Translations under genes and position numbers: made by a program | Notes under the pieces: model-generated | The model's database searches: none | Told to the model about the DNA's origin: nothing | Seen by the model: the letters and a program-made list of their open reading frames with translations, nothing else | In this document: piece by piece, positions 9,108-17,995 of the stretch | Numbering within the stretch: position 1 is the stretch's first letter | Layout: the number at the start of each line of letters is the position of its first letter | Sequence record: MK268344.1 | DNA: 64,000 bases | Strand: one strand, 5' to 3'

Positions 9108-9869
9108 ATGGATTTACAAAAGTTTTTGGATAACGCAGGACAACGTAGAATTCTAGTTATATCTGGTGCTGGTCTTTCCGCAGAATCAGGGATAAGTACT
9201 TTCAGATATGACGAAGATGCTTTATGGGAAAATGTCAACGTTAACCATGTTTGTAATATAGCAAATCTCTCACAGTATTACCCAACCGTACATGCGTTTT
9301 ACAACACATTGCGGGTAAATTTGAAAGACAAACAACCTAACGCTGCTCATCAATCAATTGCTGAATTAGAACAAAAGTACGGTGATGGGTTATTCTTACA
9401 CATGACAACTAATGTTGATGATCTTTACGAAAGGGCTGGCGGTACTGCCATGCACTTACACGGAAATCTTCTAGAAGTCATTGAGAACTATTCACTTGCA
9501 GACAACGCATATACTGTTATAAATGTAGGTTATGAAGCCTATATTCCACAGGAAGGAGTTTATGCAAAACCAAATATCGTAATGTTTGGGGAATCCGAAC
9601 GTTATGTAGATGGCAAACGCTTGCCACTATATGAAGATCGTAATAAAGTACTAGCATCCTTAACGGAGTTAGATACTGTTATTGTTGTAGGTTCTTCTGA
9701 TACAGTAATCCAATGGTCTGCACTTGCTGGTACTTCACCTGCATATTCATACAACATCAATATTCGCAAAAACGAATATGATTGGATGTTTACGGAGAAG
9801 ATTTATGATCCAGCAAGTAAGGCTATCCCAAAATTAAAAGATACTATTTTACAAAGGATGGATTTATGA
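9108..9869 (+). CDS. Sir2/CobB-family NAD-dependent deacylase
   Basis: GAGLSAESGISTFR, TNVDDLYERAG, HLHG, KPNIVMFGE, VGSS. Confidence 0.92.
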   Translation: MDLQKFLDNAGQRRILVISGAGLSAESGISTFRYDEDALWENVNVNHVCNIANLSQYYPTVHAFYNTLRVNLKDKQPNAAHQSIAELEQKYGDGLFLHMTTNVDDLYERAGGTAMHLHGNLLEVIENYSLADNAYTVINVGYEAYIPQEGVYAKPNIVMFGESERYVDGKRLPLYEDRNKVLASLTELDTVIVVGSSDTVIQWSALAGTSPAYSYNINIRKNEYDWMFTEKIYDPASKAIPKLKDTILQRMDL

Positions 9870-10234
9870 GCGAGATAGCAGCACAAACTTATGTATTGTA
9901 CGGAACAGAGGTTGATGTTACTAAATTCGATAAGGAACGTTTTGAAAATTTCGAAGAGTACATTGACCATGTTTATGACGTAATCAATAAAGAAAATTCA
10001 CCATTTACTATGATTTATGATGAATTCAATGACAAACACTTTTTTGGTTATGTACTAGATAGGGCCGAAGATACAAAATGGCAAACACAACATTTAAACA
10101 CTGTTAGTTTTAAAAGTCTACAAAGCAAAATCACAATTGATATACAAGAAGCACTAGACTGGATACTATTAGTTTATTTTGGAACCCGCTCACGCGATTG
10201 CAATGTAGATTTTTGGATCTTGTCAGTGTATTAA
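9866..10234 (+). CDS. hypothetical protein
   Basis: ATGA overlap, 122 aa. Confidence 0.75.
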   Translation: MSEIAAQTYVLYGTEVDVTKFDKERFENFEEYIDHVYDVINKENSPFTMIYDEFNDKHFFGYVLDRAEDTKWQTQHLNTVSFKSLQSKITIDIQEALDWILLVYFGTRSRDCNVDFWILSVY

Positions 10235-10246
10235 TAAGAAGGTATA

Positions 10247-10810
10247 ATGAGTTATAGAGAATTACCATTCGGATTACGGTCAAAACGTGGCGACTGTGTA
10301 TTCGTCTGGATATATGCGAAGAATTGCACACCATATGCTAATTATCCTTATAATGACATTCCCAACGTTACTTTAGTTTTATCTGAATTGCGTTGGGATG
10401 GACTTATGGGAGCAGTCGGTGGTGCCGTTGAAGATGATGATGTATCATTAGAAGCAGCAGTCAAAAGGGAAGCATACGAAGAGATTCATTATGACCTACC
10501 AATAGACCGTTTAGAACCACTGCTTACGTTAAAAAATGGAAATGGTTCACACAATCACAGTTTTTCATTAGAAGTTACATATGAAGAACTATTACAAATT
10601 AGAAATAATGCTCATTTGGGTGAGCATTTTAGTGCAGAGAATGCAGGTGTAAACCTAATGCATATCTGTAGATACCAGAAACCAAGCAAAGTTGAATGCG
10701 GATACAATATACTTCTTGGTCAAGATTTTATTGGTTCTGCTAAAATTGAGCTTCAACACCTAGTAAGTACTAAAGACTTATTAGTAAGTTACTTAGACAA
10801 GGATAACTAA
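10247..10810 (+). CDS. Nudix hydrolase, NUDT16-like
   Basis: LRWDGLMGAVGGAVE..SLEAAVKREAYEE Nudix box and C-terminal FIGSA. Confidence 0.75.
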   Translation: MSYRELPFGLRSKRGDCVFVWIYAKNCTPYANYPYNDIPNVTLVLSELRWDGLMGAVGGAVEDDDVSLEAAVKREAYEEIHYDLPIDRLEPLLTLKNGNGSHNHSFSLEVTYEELLQIRNNAHLGEHFSAENAGVNLMHICRYQKPSKVECGYNILLGQDFIGSAKIELQHLVSTKDLLVSYLDKDN

Positions 10811-10811
10811 A

Positions 10812-11141
10812 ATGTATAAGTTGTTCCTAGATGATTTACGAGACGCAGAAAAATACTACCCGAATCAAGGATTTGTAACTATGCGTACTTATTACGATGC
10901 TGTTCAATATGTCAAAGAGCATGGTGTTCCTTCTTTTATTTCGTTCGACCATGACTTGGCAGATGAATGCGAAGATGAGAAAACTGGTTACAGTTTTGCA
11001 AAATTTATCATTGACTTCATCATTGATAATGAGCTACAATGTGTTTTTGATTACGTGGTACACAGTGCTAATCCAGTAGGAAAGGCAAATATCGAGTGTT
11101 ACTTGGAGAATGGTTTTAAATTTATCAGGGGCAACAAATGA
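10812..11141 (+). CDS. cyclic-phosphate processing receiver-like domain protein
   Basis: LFLDDLR, ISFDHDL, KTGY, HSANPVG motifs. Confidence 0.75.
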   Translation: MYKLFLDDLRDAEKYYPNQGFVTMRTYYDAVQYVKEHGVPSFISFDHDLADECEDEKTGYSFAKFIIDFIIDNELQCVFDYVVHSANPVGKANIECYLENGFKFIRGNK

Positions 11142-11440
11142 TTAAAGTTATCATCGCAGCAGTGATCACGGCAGGAATTTCTTTTTTGGTTTCTTCTTGT
11201 AATGATCAAATCGAAAACACCCGGAAGCACGATATTTACTACAATACGGCTACTGTTATTGAAATCGGTCAGTGTAAAGAAAGTAAATGTTCTTTCAAGT
11301 ACAAAACAAGTGATGGTGAAACTAAATTTGGTTTAGCTGACACACCAATGACTATCGGGCAACTAGTCTATCAGCAATGTTGGACTGAAAAGGTGAAAGG
11401 CGTACAGTGTTACGTTGATTATACACCTTCTAAAAGCTAA
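11138..11440 (+). CDS. putative lipoprotein
   Basis: Signal peptide with LVSSC lipobox-like motif. Confidence 0.6.
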   Translation: MIKVIIAAVITAGISFLVSSCNDQIENTRKHDIYYNTATVIEIGQCKESKCSFKYKTSDGETKFGLADTPMTIGQLVYQQCWTEKVKGVQCYVDYTPSKS

Positions 11441-11498
11441 AAGTATCGTACCTAAATACGATTGAAGAGACAAGGAAAGTCTCAATACATAGATAAGG

Positions 11499-12962
11499 AT
11501 GTTTATGAAAAAATATGCTCTAGACACTAACGTAATTCTTGGCGATCCATCTGCTATCCAAGCATTTGATGGAGCTACAGTAATTTTACCATTCACAGTA
11601 CTAGAAGAGTTAGATTCTATCAAAGGCCGTAATGTCGATGTTAGTCGTGATGCTCGCATTGCTATCCGTAATATCTCAGATATTTTGGAAACAGCGACCC
11701 ATGAAGAAATCTCAAGTACTGGAGTGGACGTTTCTAAGATCCATAAACACATGGATTCTCAGAGCCGTCTATTCGTTGCTACAGTGGAAGAAGCGGAAGC
11801 ACTTCTTCGAACCTCTATCGATGAAAATGATGAAGAATTCCACAAAGTACAGACACTAATTAATAGTACTGTACCAGACGATAAAATTATCCTAGTTGCA
11901 AAAGCTACTAAAGCTATTCTAGTAACTCGTGATATTAACATGCGTATCAAAGCACTAGCTTATGGTGTTGAAGTACAAGATTATCGTCATGATGTAACAA
12001 TCGAAGACTCAGACCTAATTCACACAGGTCATCATGAACTAGAAATTGACTTATGGGAAACTTTATCTAATAATAATGTTGAAGTTTATTGTGGTCAAGC
12101 TGGTCGTAAACTATTCCAGTATATCCCAGAAGATGCTATTAAGAGCCTACTTCCAGAAAACATTTGCATTGGTGATTACATCTATGACCAAGCAGACGTA
12201 ATGTTTGTATTTGAAGGTTGGGGTCATCGTGAAGAAATTGATGAAACCGCTGATGATGATACTACATATATGGTATTTCTAGATGTTGGTCAAGCCAAAT
12301 CTTTACGTACTAAAGTCTGGGATATTAAGGCTAAAAACATTCAACAAGCAATGGCGATTAATAGTATTCTTGATCCTGATGTACATATTACAGTACTACT
12401 AGGTTCTGCTGGTACAGGTAAAACACTAATCACCCTTGCAACAGCACTAGATTTAGTACTAAATCAGAAGACTGCATACCAACGTATCATCTTCTCAAAA
12501 ACACAAGATTCACAATTCGAAGATATCGGCTTCTTGCCCGGTACTGAAATGGAAAAAGTAATTCCATTCTGTGGAGCAGCAATTGATGCATTAGAATTCC
12601 TCCACAAAGATGATGCAAACCCACAAGGTAGTATCGAAGAAATCATGAAACGTAATGTAATGCAATTCAAAGCATTGAACTTCATTCGTGGACGTAGTTT
12701 CATCAACACTATCCTAATCGTGGATGAGTTTCAAAACATTACACCTGCACAGGCAAAAACTATCTTGACACGTGCTGGTGAAAACTGTAAAGTAATCATT
12801 ATGGGTAACCTAAGTCAGATTGACTCCCGCTTTATTAGTCCTGTAAATAGTGGCCTAACCTACGTTACAGAAAAATTTAAAGATTGGGAAGGTTGCCGTA
12901 TCATTGAGCTAGAAGGTGTTGTTCGTTCAGCCCTAGCAGCTTTCGCAGAAGAAAATTTATAA
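11499..12962 (+). CDS. phoH: PhoH-family ATPase with N-terminal PIN domain
   Basis: ALDTNV PIN start, DDKII, LVTRDINMRIKA, GSAGTGKT, IRGRSF, DEFQN. Confidence 0.92.
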   Translation: MFMKKYALDTNVILGDPSAIQAFDGATVILPFTVLEELDSIKGRNVDVSRDARIAIRNISDILETATHEEISSTGVDVSKIHKHMDSQSRLFVATVEEAEALLRTSIDENDEEFHKVQTLINSTVPDDKIILVAKATKAILVTRDINMRIKALAYGVEVQDYRHDVTIEDSDLIHTGHHELEIDLWETLSNNNVEVYCGQAGRKLFQYIPEDAIKSLLPENICIGDYIYDQADVMFVFEGWGHREEIDETADDDTTYMVFLDVGQAKSLRTKVWDIKAKNIQQAMAINSILDPDVHITVLLGSAGTGKTLITLATALDLVLNQKTAYQRIIFSKTQDSQFEDIGFLPGTEMEKVIPFCGAAIDALEFLHKDDANPQGSIEEIMKRNVMQFKALNFIRGRSFINTILIVDEFQNITPAQAKTILTRAGENCKVIIMGNLSQIDSRFISPVNSGLTYVTEKFKDWEGCRIIELEGVVRSALAAFAEENL

Positions 12963-12967
12963 TTTAT

Positions 12968-12994
12968 TGGGGCAGTACTTGCCCCATTTCTTTT
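12968..12994 (+). terminator. intrinsic terminator
   Basis: TGGGGCA-GTACT-TGCCCCA plus T-rich tail. Confidence 0.8.
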
Positions 12995-13007
12995 AAAGTG
13001 ATATAAT
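12979..13007 (+). promoter_or_regulatory. sigma70-type promoter with extended -10
   Basis: TTGCCC-N17-TATAAT with TG; overlaps terminator. Confidence 0.55.
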
Positions 13008-13238
13008 ATGTCCAAGAAAATAATGGTGTTTGGCTGTCCTTTATGTGGCTCGAAAGCTCACTGGACAAAGGGAAATGCTGAAACCAGAATGAATGATCGA
13101 GTACAATGCTTGACTTGCTTTCTAGAAATGGAAGGTGATTACGAACCCATGTCAGCAGTTTTGTCATGGAACATGCGAGTACACGATAGTTATATTCAAG
13201 ATTCCGTCTACAGCATTGACGGTGAAAGAATTGAATAA
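13008..13238 (+). CDS. Lar-like (restriction alleviation) zinc-finger protein
   Basis: CPLCG..VQCLTC..AVLSWNMR pattern; start may be ATG 13023. Confidence 0.6.
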   Translation: MSKKIMVFGCPLCGSKAHWTKGNAETRMNDRVQCLTCFLEMEGDYEPMSAVLSWNMRVHDSYIQDSVYSIDGERIE

Positions 13239-13243
13239 AAGTT

Positions 13244-13272
13244 GGGACAAACACTCAACAATGTGATATAAT
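13244..13272 (+). promoter_or_regulatory. GGGACA-class promoter
   Basis: GGGACA-N17-TATAAT with TGTGA. Confidence 0.8.
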
Positions 13273-13303
13273 ATAGATGTTATCTAAACAAGAGGAAATT
13301 AAA

Positions 13304-13552
13304 ATGGAAAAGAATAAAAAAGAAGCTCAGAACACCCGCCGTGCACAGATGGATAAAAACACTGCTCTAGAGAGCTTCAAGAAGCTACGCCAACAGGGTA
13401 TTCTAACCCGCCAGCAGTTCCGTACCATTACCTTTGATAAAGGTCTACAAGGTAGTACCAAAGGTTCCCCTCTAATCACCACTTATGAAGTGGTCAAACA
13501 GGGCAAGAAAAAGGTGCTTGAGGTTAAAACCCAGCAATGGACTCGCATCTAA
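13304..13552 (+). CDS. small basic hypothetical protein
   Basis: GAGGA RBS before ATG 13304; K/R-rich; own promoter and terminator. Confidence 0.8.
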   Translation: MEKNKKEAQNTRRAQMDKNTALESFKKLRQQGILTRQQFRTITFDKGLQGSTKGSPLITTYEVVKQGKKKVLEVKTQQWTRI

Positions 13553-13626
13553 TTTGATGCCTGTTTCGAACAACATTGATAAATAATGTTATAACAATAA
13601 TAACATTTTGACTCCATGTTGTTTTT

Positions 13627-13653
13627 AGGCCACTACTTTAGTGGCCTTTTTCT
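13627..13653 (+). terminator. intrinsic terminator
   Basis: AGGCCACTA-CTT-TAGTGGCCT plus T run. Confidence 0.85.
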
Positions 13654-13664
13654 TTGGAGAATGT

Positions 13665-14378
13665 ATGGATATTAAACACATCTTAACAACACTTGAAAAG
13701 TTCTTACTTGATGAATATGATGTAAATGTTTATATCATGTATGGTTCTTTCGCTGAGTACAGATACGGTTTATTCACTGAACCAAAAGATATTGATATTA
13801 ATGTATTTGGTATGAATGATTGTACTGAACCATTCGAAGTTAATATTCCGGGTATTCCAATTCCAGTATCTATCACACCAATGACATTTTCTGATTTCGA
13901 CAGAGAAATTGATGCATTTGAGCCTAAGTACTTTGTGTACTGGAATCATTCACTTGAAACATCTCAGTATATTAGAAATAGACTCTATCAAATGCATTAT
14001 GATACAAAACCAGAACATATACGCAAATGTGTTAGTTCATTCTCCAGCAAAGCCTATAATAAGGGTAAGAAAAAACTCATAGTAAAAGATGATTATGATG
14101 AGTATCTAGGATTAAAAAATTTGTATCATGCATTTAAATTTGCAAGATTGGCAATAGATACTTTTGGTTCAAATAAACCTTTTGATATATCATTTGCGTT
14201 AATGCACAAACATCGTCTTATGTGGGATTTAAAAGATACATACGATCTCATTTTTGATACATATCATAATAGTACTGGAACATTAGAAGAAAGATTTAAA
14301 CATCTTGACAACATCATAAAACCAAGATATAATGCACTCATGACAGAATTTCGTAAATACTTTCCGAAGGGGAATTAA
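13665..14378 (+). CDS. Pol-beta-superfamily nucleotidyltransferase-like protein
   Basis: MYGS..DIDI motif; GGAGA RBS before ATG 13665. Confidence 0.6.
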   Translation: MDIKHILTTLEKFLLDEYDVNVYIMYGSFAEYRYGLFTEPKDIDINVFGMNDCTEPFEVNIPGIPIPVSITPMTFSDFDREIDAFEPKYFVYWNHSLETSQYIRNRLYQMHYDTKPEHIRKCVSSFSSKAYNKGKKKLIVKDDYDEYLGLKNLYHAFKFARLAIDTFGSNKPFDISFALMHKHRLMWDLKDTYDLIFDTYHNSTGTLEERFKHLDNIIKPRYNALMTEFRKYFPKGN

Positions 14379-14380
14379 TC

Positions 14381-14518
14381 TTGGCAGAACTAATAGAAGC
14401 TATATTAGAATTTGTAGTTGCAATCCTAGCTAACACACGAAATGGTGGTAAGTGGATTCTAATAATCATAGTATTATGTTTGTTAATATGGTTTTGTACT
14501 GTTTTATTCTGGAGTTAA
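14381..14518 (+). CDS. small membrane protein (not in ORF track)
   Basis: TTG start after AAGGGG, 45 aa, two hydrophobic stretches. Confidence 0.5.
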   Translation: MAELIEAILEFVVAILANTRNGGKWILIIIVLCLLIWFCTVLFWS

Positions 14519-14585
14519 TATGAAAAAGAAACATAAAGGACGAATGACTTTCCATTAAGGTACTTTAACTTAATAGGAGAATAAT

Positions 14586-15137
14586 ATGTTCTTTGACCAA
14601 ACATTCGTGATCTACCACGATACAGGTAAAACTGAAATTGTAGATAATCTTTACGAATACATCTATGCATTTGGTGGTATCAGACGTTTTCATTGTCTAA
14701 TGAAATTCAACTTAGGTGCATTTCAGAAACATGAAGGTCGTGACTACTACCGAATCCACGGATGGTGGTATTCCAGAAGTGATTGGGTTTACCACAACCA
14801 TATGTCGTTCTTTCTATACACACAAAAAGGTATGATGATTTCCCCAGACCTCCTTCTAACAGAATTCAGTAATGAAAATGCAAGACGTTGGTACGGGAAC
14901 ACGAAAGCGTCAAAACGGCAATATAAAGCTAGCCACACGTCTTATCATTTCAAACGTCCTAAGACACAACAATCCCGCCGCATCGCAGCAGGAGTTGTTT
15001 CTGAGGAAGGGGAGCCAGAATTTCGTGGTGCTCGCAGATATGCACAATTACGTACCTATTGGGACGATGTACATGTACGTACAAGCTGTTCTTGGAAAGA
15101 CTGTACAAAACGTAAACGACAATACAAAGGGAGCTAA
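14586..15137 (+). CDS. hypothetical protein
   Basis: AGGAG RBS; basic C-terminus WDD..SWKD.TKRKRQY typical of a phage family. Confidence 0.8.
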   Translation: MFFDQTFVIYHDTGKTEIVDNLYEYIYAFGGIRRFHCLMKFNLGAFQKHEGRDYYRIHGWWYSRSDWVYHNHMSFFLYTQKGMMISPDLLLTEFSNENARRWYGNTKASKRQYKASHTSYHFKRPKTQQSRRIAAGVVSEEGEPEFRGARRYAQLRTYWDDVHVRTSCSWKDCTKRKRQYKGS

Positions 15138-15151
15138 TGCTCCCTATTTTT
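15128..15151 (+). terminator. intrinsic terminator
   Basis: AGGGAGC-TAAT-GCTCCCT plus T run. Confidence 0.75.
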
Positions 15152-15165
15152 ATGAGGATATAAAA

Positions 15166-15519
15166 ATGACTCAAAAACGTATATTATATCGTGAAGTATT
15201 GACAATGGATCTAGAAGATTGCACACTTGATGAAATGTTACAAAAGTTAAATGAATGCAAACATCAGCATCCAACTGAAGTTCTTCAAATAGAATTTGAC
15301 TGCGAATTTGGTGGTGGATATAGTGGCCCAGATTGTATGAAAATTTGTTATTATAGTGAAGAAACTGATAAAGAATTCACAATGCGTATGAATTATGAAC
15401 GCGAGAAGCTAGAAGAAAAAGAACGTAAAGAGCTAGGTCGTTTAATATCTGCAAAGAAATTGAATCCAGCTAACCAACAACGCCTACAAGAATTATTGGA
15501 GAAATATCATAATGGATAA
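15166..15519 (+). CDS. hypothetical protein
   Basis: GAGGA RBS before ATG 15166 (track start 14872 overlaps previous gene). Confidence 0.8.
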   Translation: MTQKRILYREVLTMDLEDCTLDEMLQKLNECKHQHPTEVLQIEFDCEFGGGYSGPDCMKICYYSEETDKEFTMRMNYEREKLEEKERKELGRLISAKKLNPANQQRLQELLEKYHNG

Positions 15520-16360
15520 AGAGAAAATTCTGTACCATGCTAAACATAATGGTGCCTTTACTATTCGTTCGTGTGAATATCAAGGTAAATGGTCAGAGAA
15601 TCTTGATTACTTAATTGAGAACAAAATGCTTAATTGGACTACGAGTGGCCTATGGGATGAGTACAATTCATGTGGTCAACAGGATTTGTACGATCAAGCA
15701 TTGCATGAGTACAAGATTACTCCTGATGGTGAAGTACTACTATCGTTATATCGTCTTGCTTATGCACATAAGAATCACTTAAACGAAGAGAAACATATTC
15801 GTCGTATTCAAGAGTTCGAACAACTACTAGAAGCCTGTGGAAAATCTTCTCAATATTTCGAAAAATATCTAACAAAGAATCAAAAGAAAGCACTTGAATA
15901 TGCTCGCAAAGTGCGTGAACTACCTAAATTTGATACTACTCTTTTAGATGAACCTGAACTCAGTCCATTCAACATTGTACCACATGATGAATGGCGACAA
16001 ATGGAAAAATCCAATAGACTAGATAAAATTGATTTAGATGAACCAGTACTAACATCTATGTTCAATATGAGTGTTGGACTTGGCCCAAAGAATTCCGATT
16101 CTTACCGTTCTGAAAACTATGTTCTACGTAAAATAAATGAAGAACTCGGTGAAATGACATTAGAAATGAATATTGCTGATGGCTTATCATATAAAGAAGC
16201 TGGAACTGATGGTGTAAAAGGTGAAGCAGTTGACTTGGCAATTTGTGCTATGGATATGTTTGCATTACAATGTCCAACTATGAGTCCAGAAGAAATAGAG
16301 CGTGAATTCCTATCGTACATGATTGTTAAACTTAATAAATGGCGTAACACCTTAAAATAA
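15512..16360 (+). CDS. protein with C-terminal MazG-like NTP pyrophosphohydrolase domain
   Basis: KINEELGE..GEAVDLAICAMD (EExxE..ExxD). Confidence 0.65.
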   Translation: MDKEKILYHAKHNGAFTIRSCEYQGKWSENLDYLIENKMLNWTTSGLWDEYNSCGQQDLYDQALHEYKITPDGEVLLSLYRLAYAHKNHLNEEKHIRRIQEFEQLLEACGKSSQYFEKYLTKNQKKALEYARKVRELPKFDTTLLDEPELSPFNIVPHDEWRQMEKSNRLDKIDLDEPVLTSMFNMSVGLGPKNSDSYRSENYVLRKINEELGEMTLEMNIADGLSYKEAGTDGVKGEAVDLAICAMDMFALQCPTMSPEEIEREFLSYMIVKLNKWRNTLK

Positions 16361-16363
16361 ATG

Positions 16364-16392
16364 TTGACATGGGGTGTAGTTTTTGCTATACT
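16364..16392 (+). promoter_or_regulatory. sigma70-type promoter
   Basis: TTGACA-N17-TATACT. Confidence 0.8.
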
Positions 16393-16420
16393 CCAAATCA
16401 TCACATCTCAGGAGACAAAT

Positions 16421-16930
16421 ATGAAATTTTTAGTTGCTATTGATTCATCAGCTTCATTCATTTATGATTATCAGTGGGATTATATTAAGAACGTAGTAAA
16501 TGAAACTGTACAATCACTATCATCACAAGGTGAAGTTCAATTAGCTAAGATTGGTCTTGAACTAAATCTATGTACTCTAGAAGAATTCAATAATGGTTGG
16601 AGTACTACCGATGGTGCTGGAATTGATGAAGATAAGTTACTTGAAGTAATTGATGAATACAATTCAGTACTTTTAGTTACAGATGGATTCGTTGATACCA
16701 AAGCACTAAAATCGAAAGTCTCTTTGATGATTCTAGAAGACCCTGATTATGTTGAAAATCCTTTACCTATTGTTGGATTTAAATGTAATAACTGTGGTCA
16801 TGAAAAAAATGAGCACAGAGCAAAAACATTTGACTGTCCAGTGAAAGAGCGTTATAATGCGGTTACATTCAGTGATAAAACCAAATTTACACCTGATATG
16901 TCTAAACCCATTCGTCGGAGAACTATCTAA
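16421..16930 (+). CDS. small vWA-like domain protein
   Basis: AIDSSAS (DxSxS) and LLVTDG; CNNC..C tail; AGGAG RBS. Confidence 0.6.
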   Translation: MKFLVAIDSSASFIYDYQWDYIKNVVNETVQSLSSQGEVQLAKIGLELNLCTLEEFNNGWSTTDGAGIDEDKLLEVIDEYNSVLLVTDGFVDTKALKSKVSLMILEDPDYVENPLPIVGFKCNNCGHEKNEHRAKTFDCPVKERYNAVTFSDKTKFTPDMSKPIRRRTI

Positions 16931-17115
16931 TGAAATATGTTATTCTAACACTATCAGTACTTCTTAGTGGTTGTGTAACCAACTTTACACCATCTAGTTA
17001 TACTGAATATCACCCATTCAGTAAATCCGCACCTAAAAACTGTGCAGTTGTTGATAGTAACATCATTGTAATTAATGGTGTACCATCCTTTGAGTACATC
17101 TGCAATAAGGAATAA
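16930..17115 (+). CDS. putative lipoprotein
   Basis: LLSGC lipobox. Confidence 0.7.
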   Translation: MKYVILTLSVLLSGCVTNFTPSSYTEYHPFSKSAPKNCAVVDSNIIVINGVPSFEYICNKE

Positions 17116-17117
17116 TT

Positions 17118-17456
17118 ATGACTGAAAAAGATTTTCTAATTGAATACATGAAAGGTGTTGGTGAAAGTGAAATGCGTTATCTTTTTGAAGAAGACCGCAT
17201 TATTGAAAGTGATTTCGCTAACGTTACAGAAGAATATGTATGGGTAGAAATAGATACCGATAGTCGTTCTGATGCCGATGTGCCGGATTTTGGTTTTGAT
17301 TTAGATGGTGAATGCTATGATGTACAAATGAAAGATATTCGTAGCATTACTGAGTACTACTTTGAAGATGATACTGATTTTGATGGTGAAGTAGAAATTC
17401 AAGTACTTCGCATGAAAGATGGTACGTTCCTCATCGGTGACTTTGGTCGCAGATAA
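17118..17456 (+). CDS. acidic hypothetical protein
   Basis: AAGGA RBS, 112 aa. Confidence 0.8.
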   Translation: MTEKDFLIEYMKGVGESEMRYLFEEDRIIESDFANVTEEYVWVEIDTDSRSDADVPDFGFDLDGECYDVQMKDIRSITEYYFEDDTDFDGEVEIQVLRMKDGTFLIGDFGRR

Positions 17457-17605
17457 AAAATACGAAAGTACTATAAGCCGTGCTTCTGGCAAAATCCAGT
17501 ATAAGCCCGTACCTCATAGAGAATACATTGATATCCCTACTCAAGTGATACTACCAATCAATGGGCGATAGTACTTTTCCTTTAATTAACACTAACGAGG
17601 TTACA

Positions 17606-17986
17606 ATGATTCACGCAAATGATGTACATGAAGCTGCCTGTAAACTTTATGAAGAAAGTACCGATAATATTTCAGAACAAAATATGGTCAAATTGAATAA
17701 ACTTTTTGAAGAGAATTATTATCTTTTTAAAGATTATACTTGTATCTTTTTAGATCACAGTAATGTAGATCCTGAACTATATGATGGTGATTATTATCCT
17801 TGTGGTAATAACAATGAAAGATTTTATATTGATAACAATACTGATGTTAGTCAGTACTTTAAAAGTTATGGGTATTTTGTAGAAACAATCAGTGAGTATG
17901 ATTGTGGTTTCTTGATTGCTACTCACCCAATCAGTGACGAAAATCGTGTTACACATCATACATTTACCCCACACAACAAACGTTAG
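17606..17986 (+). CDS. hypothetical protein
   Basis: GAGG RBS before ATG 17606. Confidence 0.75.
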   Translation: MIHANDVHEAACKLYEESTDNISEQNMVKLNKLFEENYYLFKDYTCIFLDHSNVDPELYDGDYYPCGNNNERFYIDNNTDVSQYFKSYGYFVETISEYDCGFLIATHPISDENRVTHHTFTPHNKR

Positions 17987-17995
17987 AGGTGTATA

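Noticed and set aside
14520-14558. 12-codon ORF MKKKHKGRMTFH with GGAG RBS as a leader peptide
   Set aside because: No attenuator hairpins follow; too short to support
14872-15165. Upstream extension of ORF 14872..15519
   Set aside because: Overlaps the 14586 gene and a terminator; RBS-supported start is 15166
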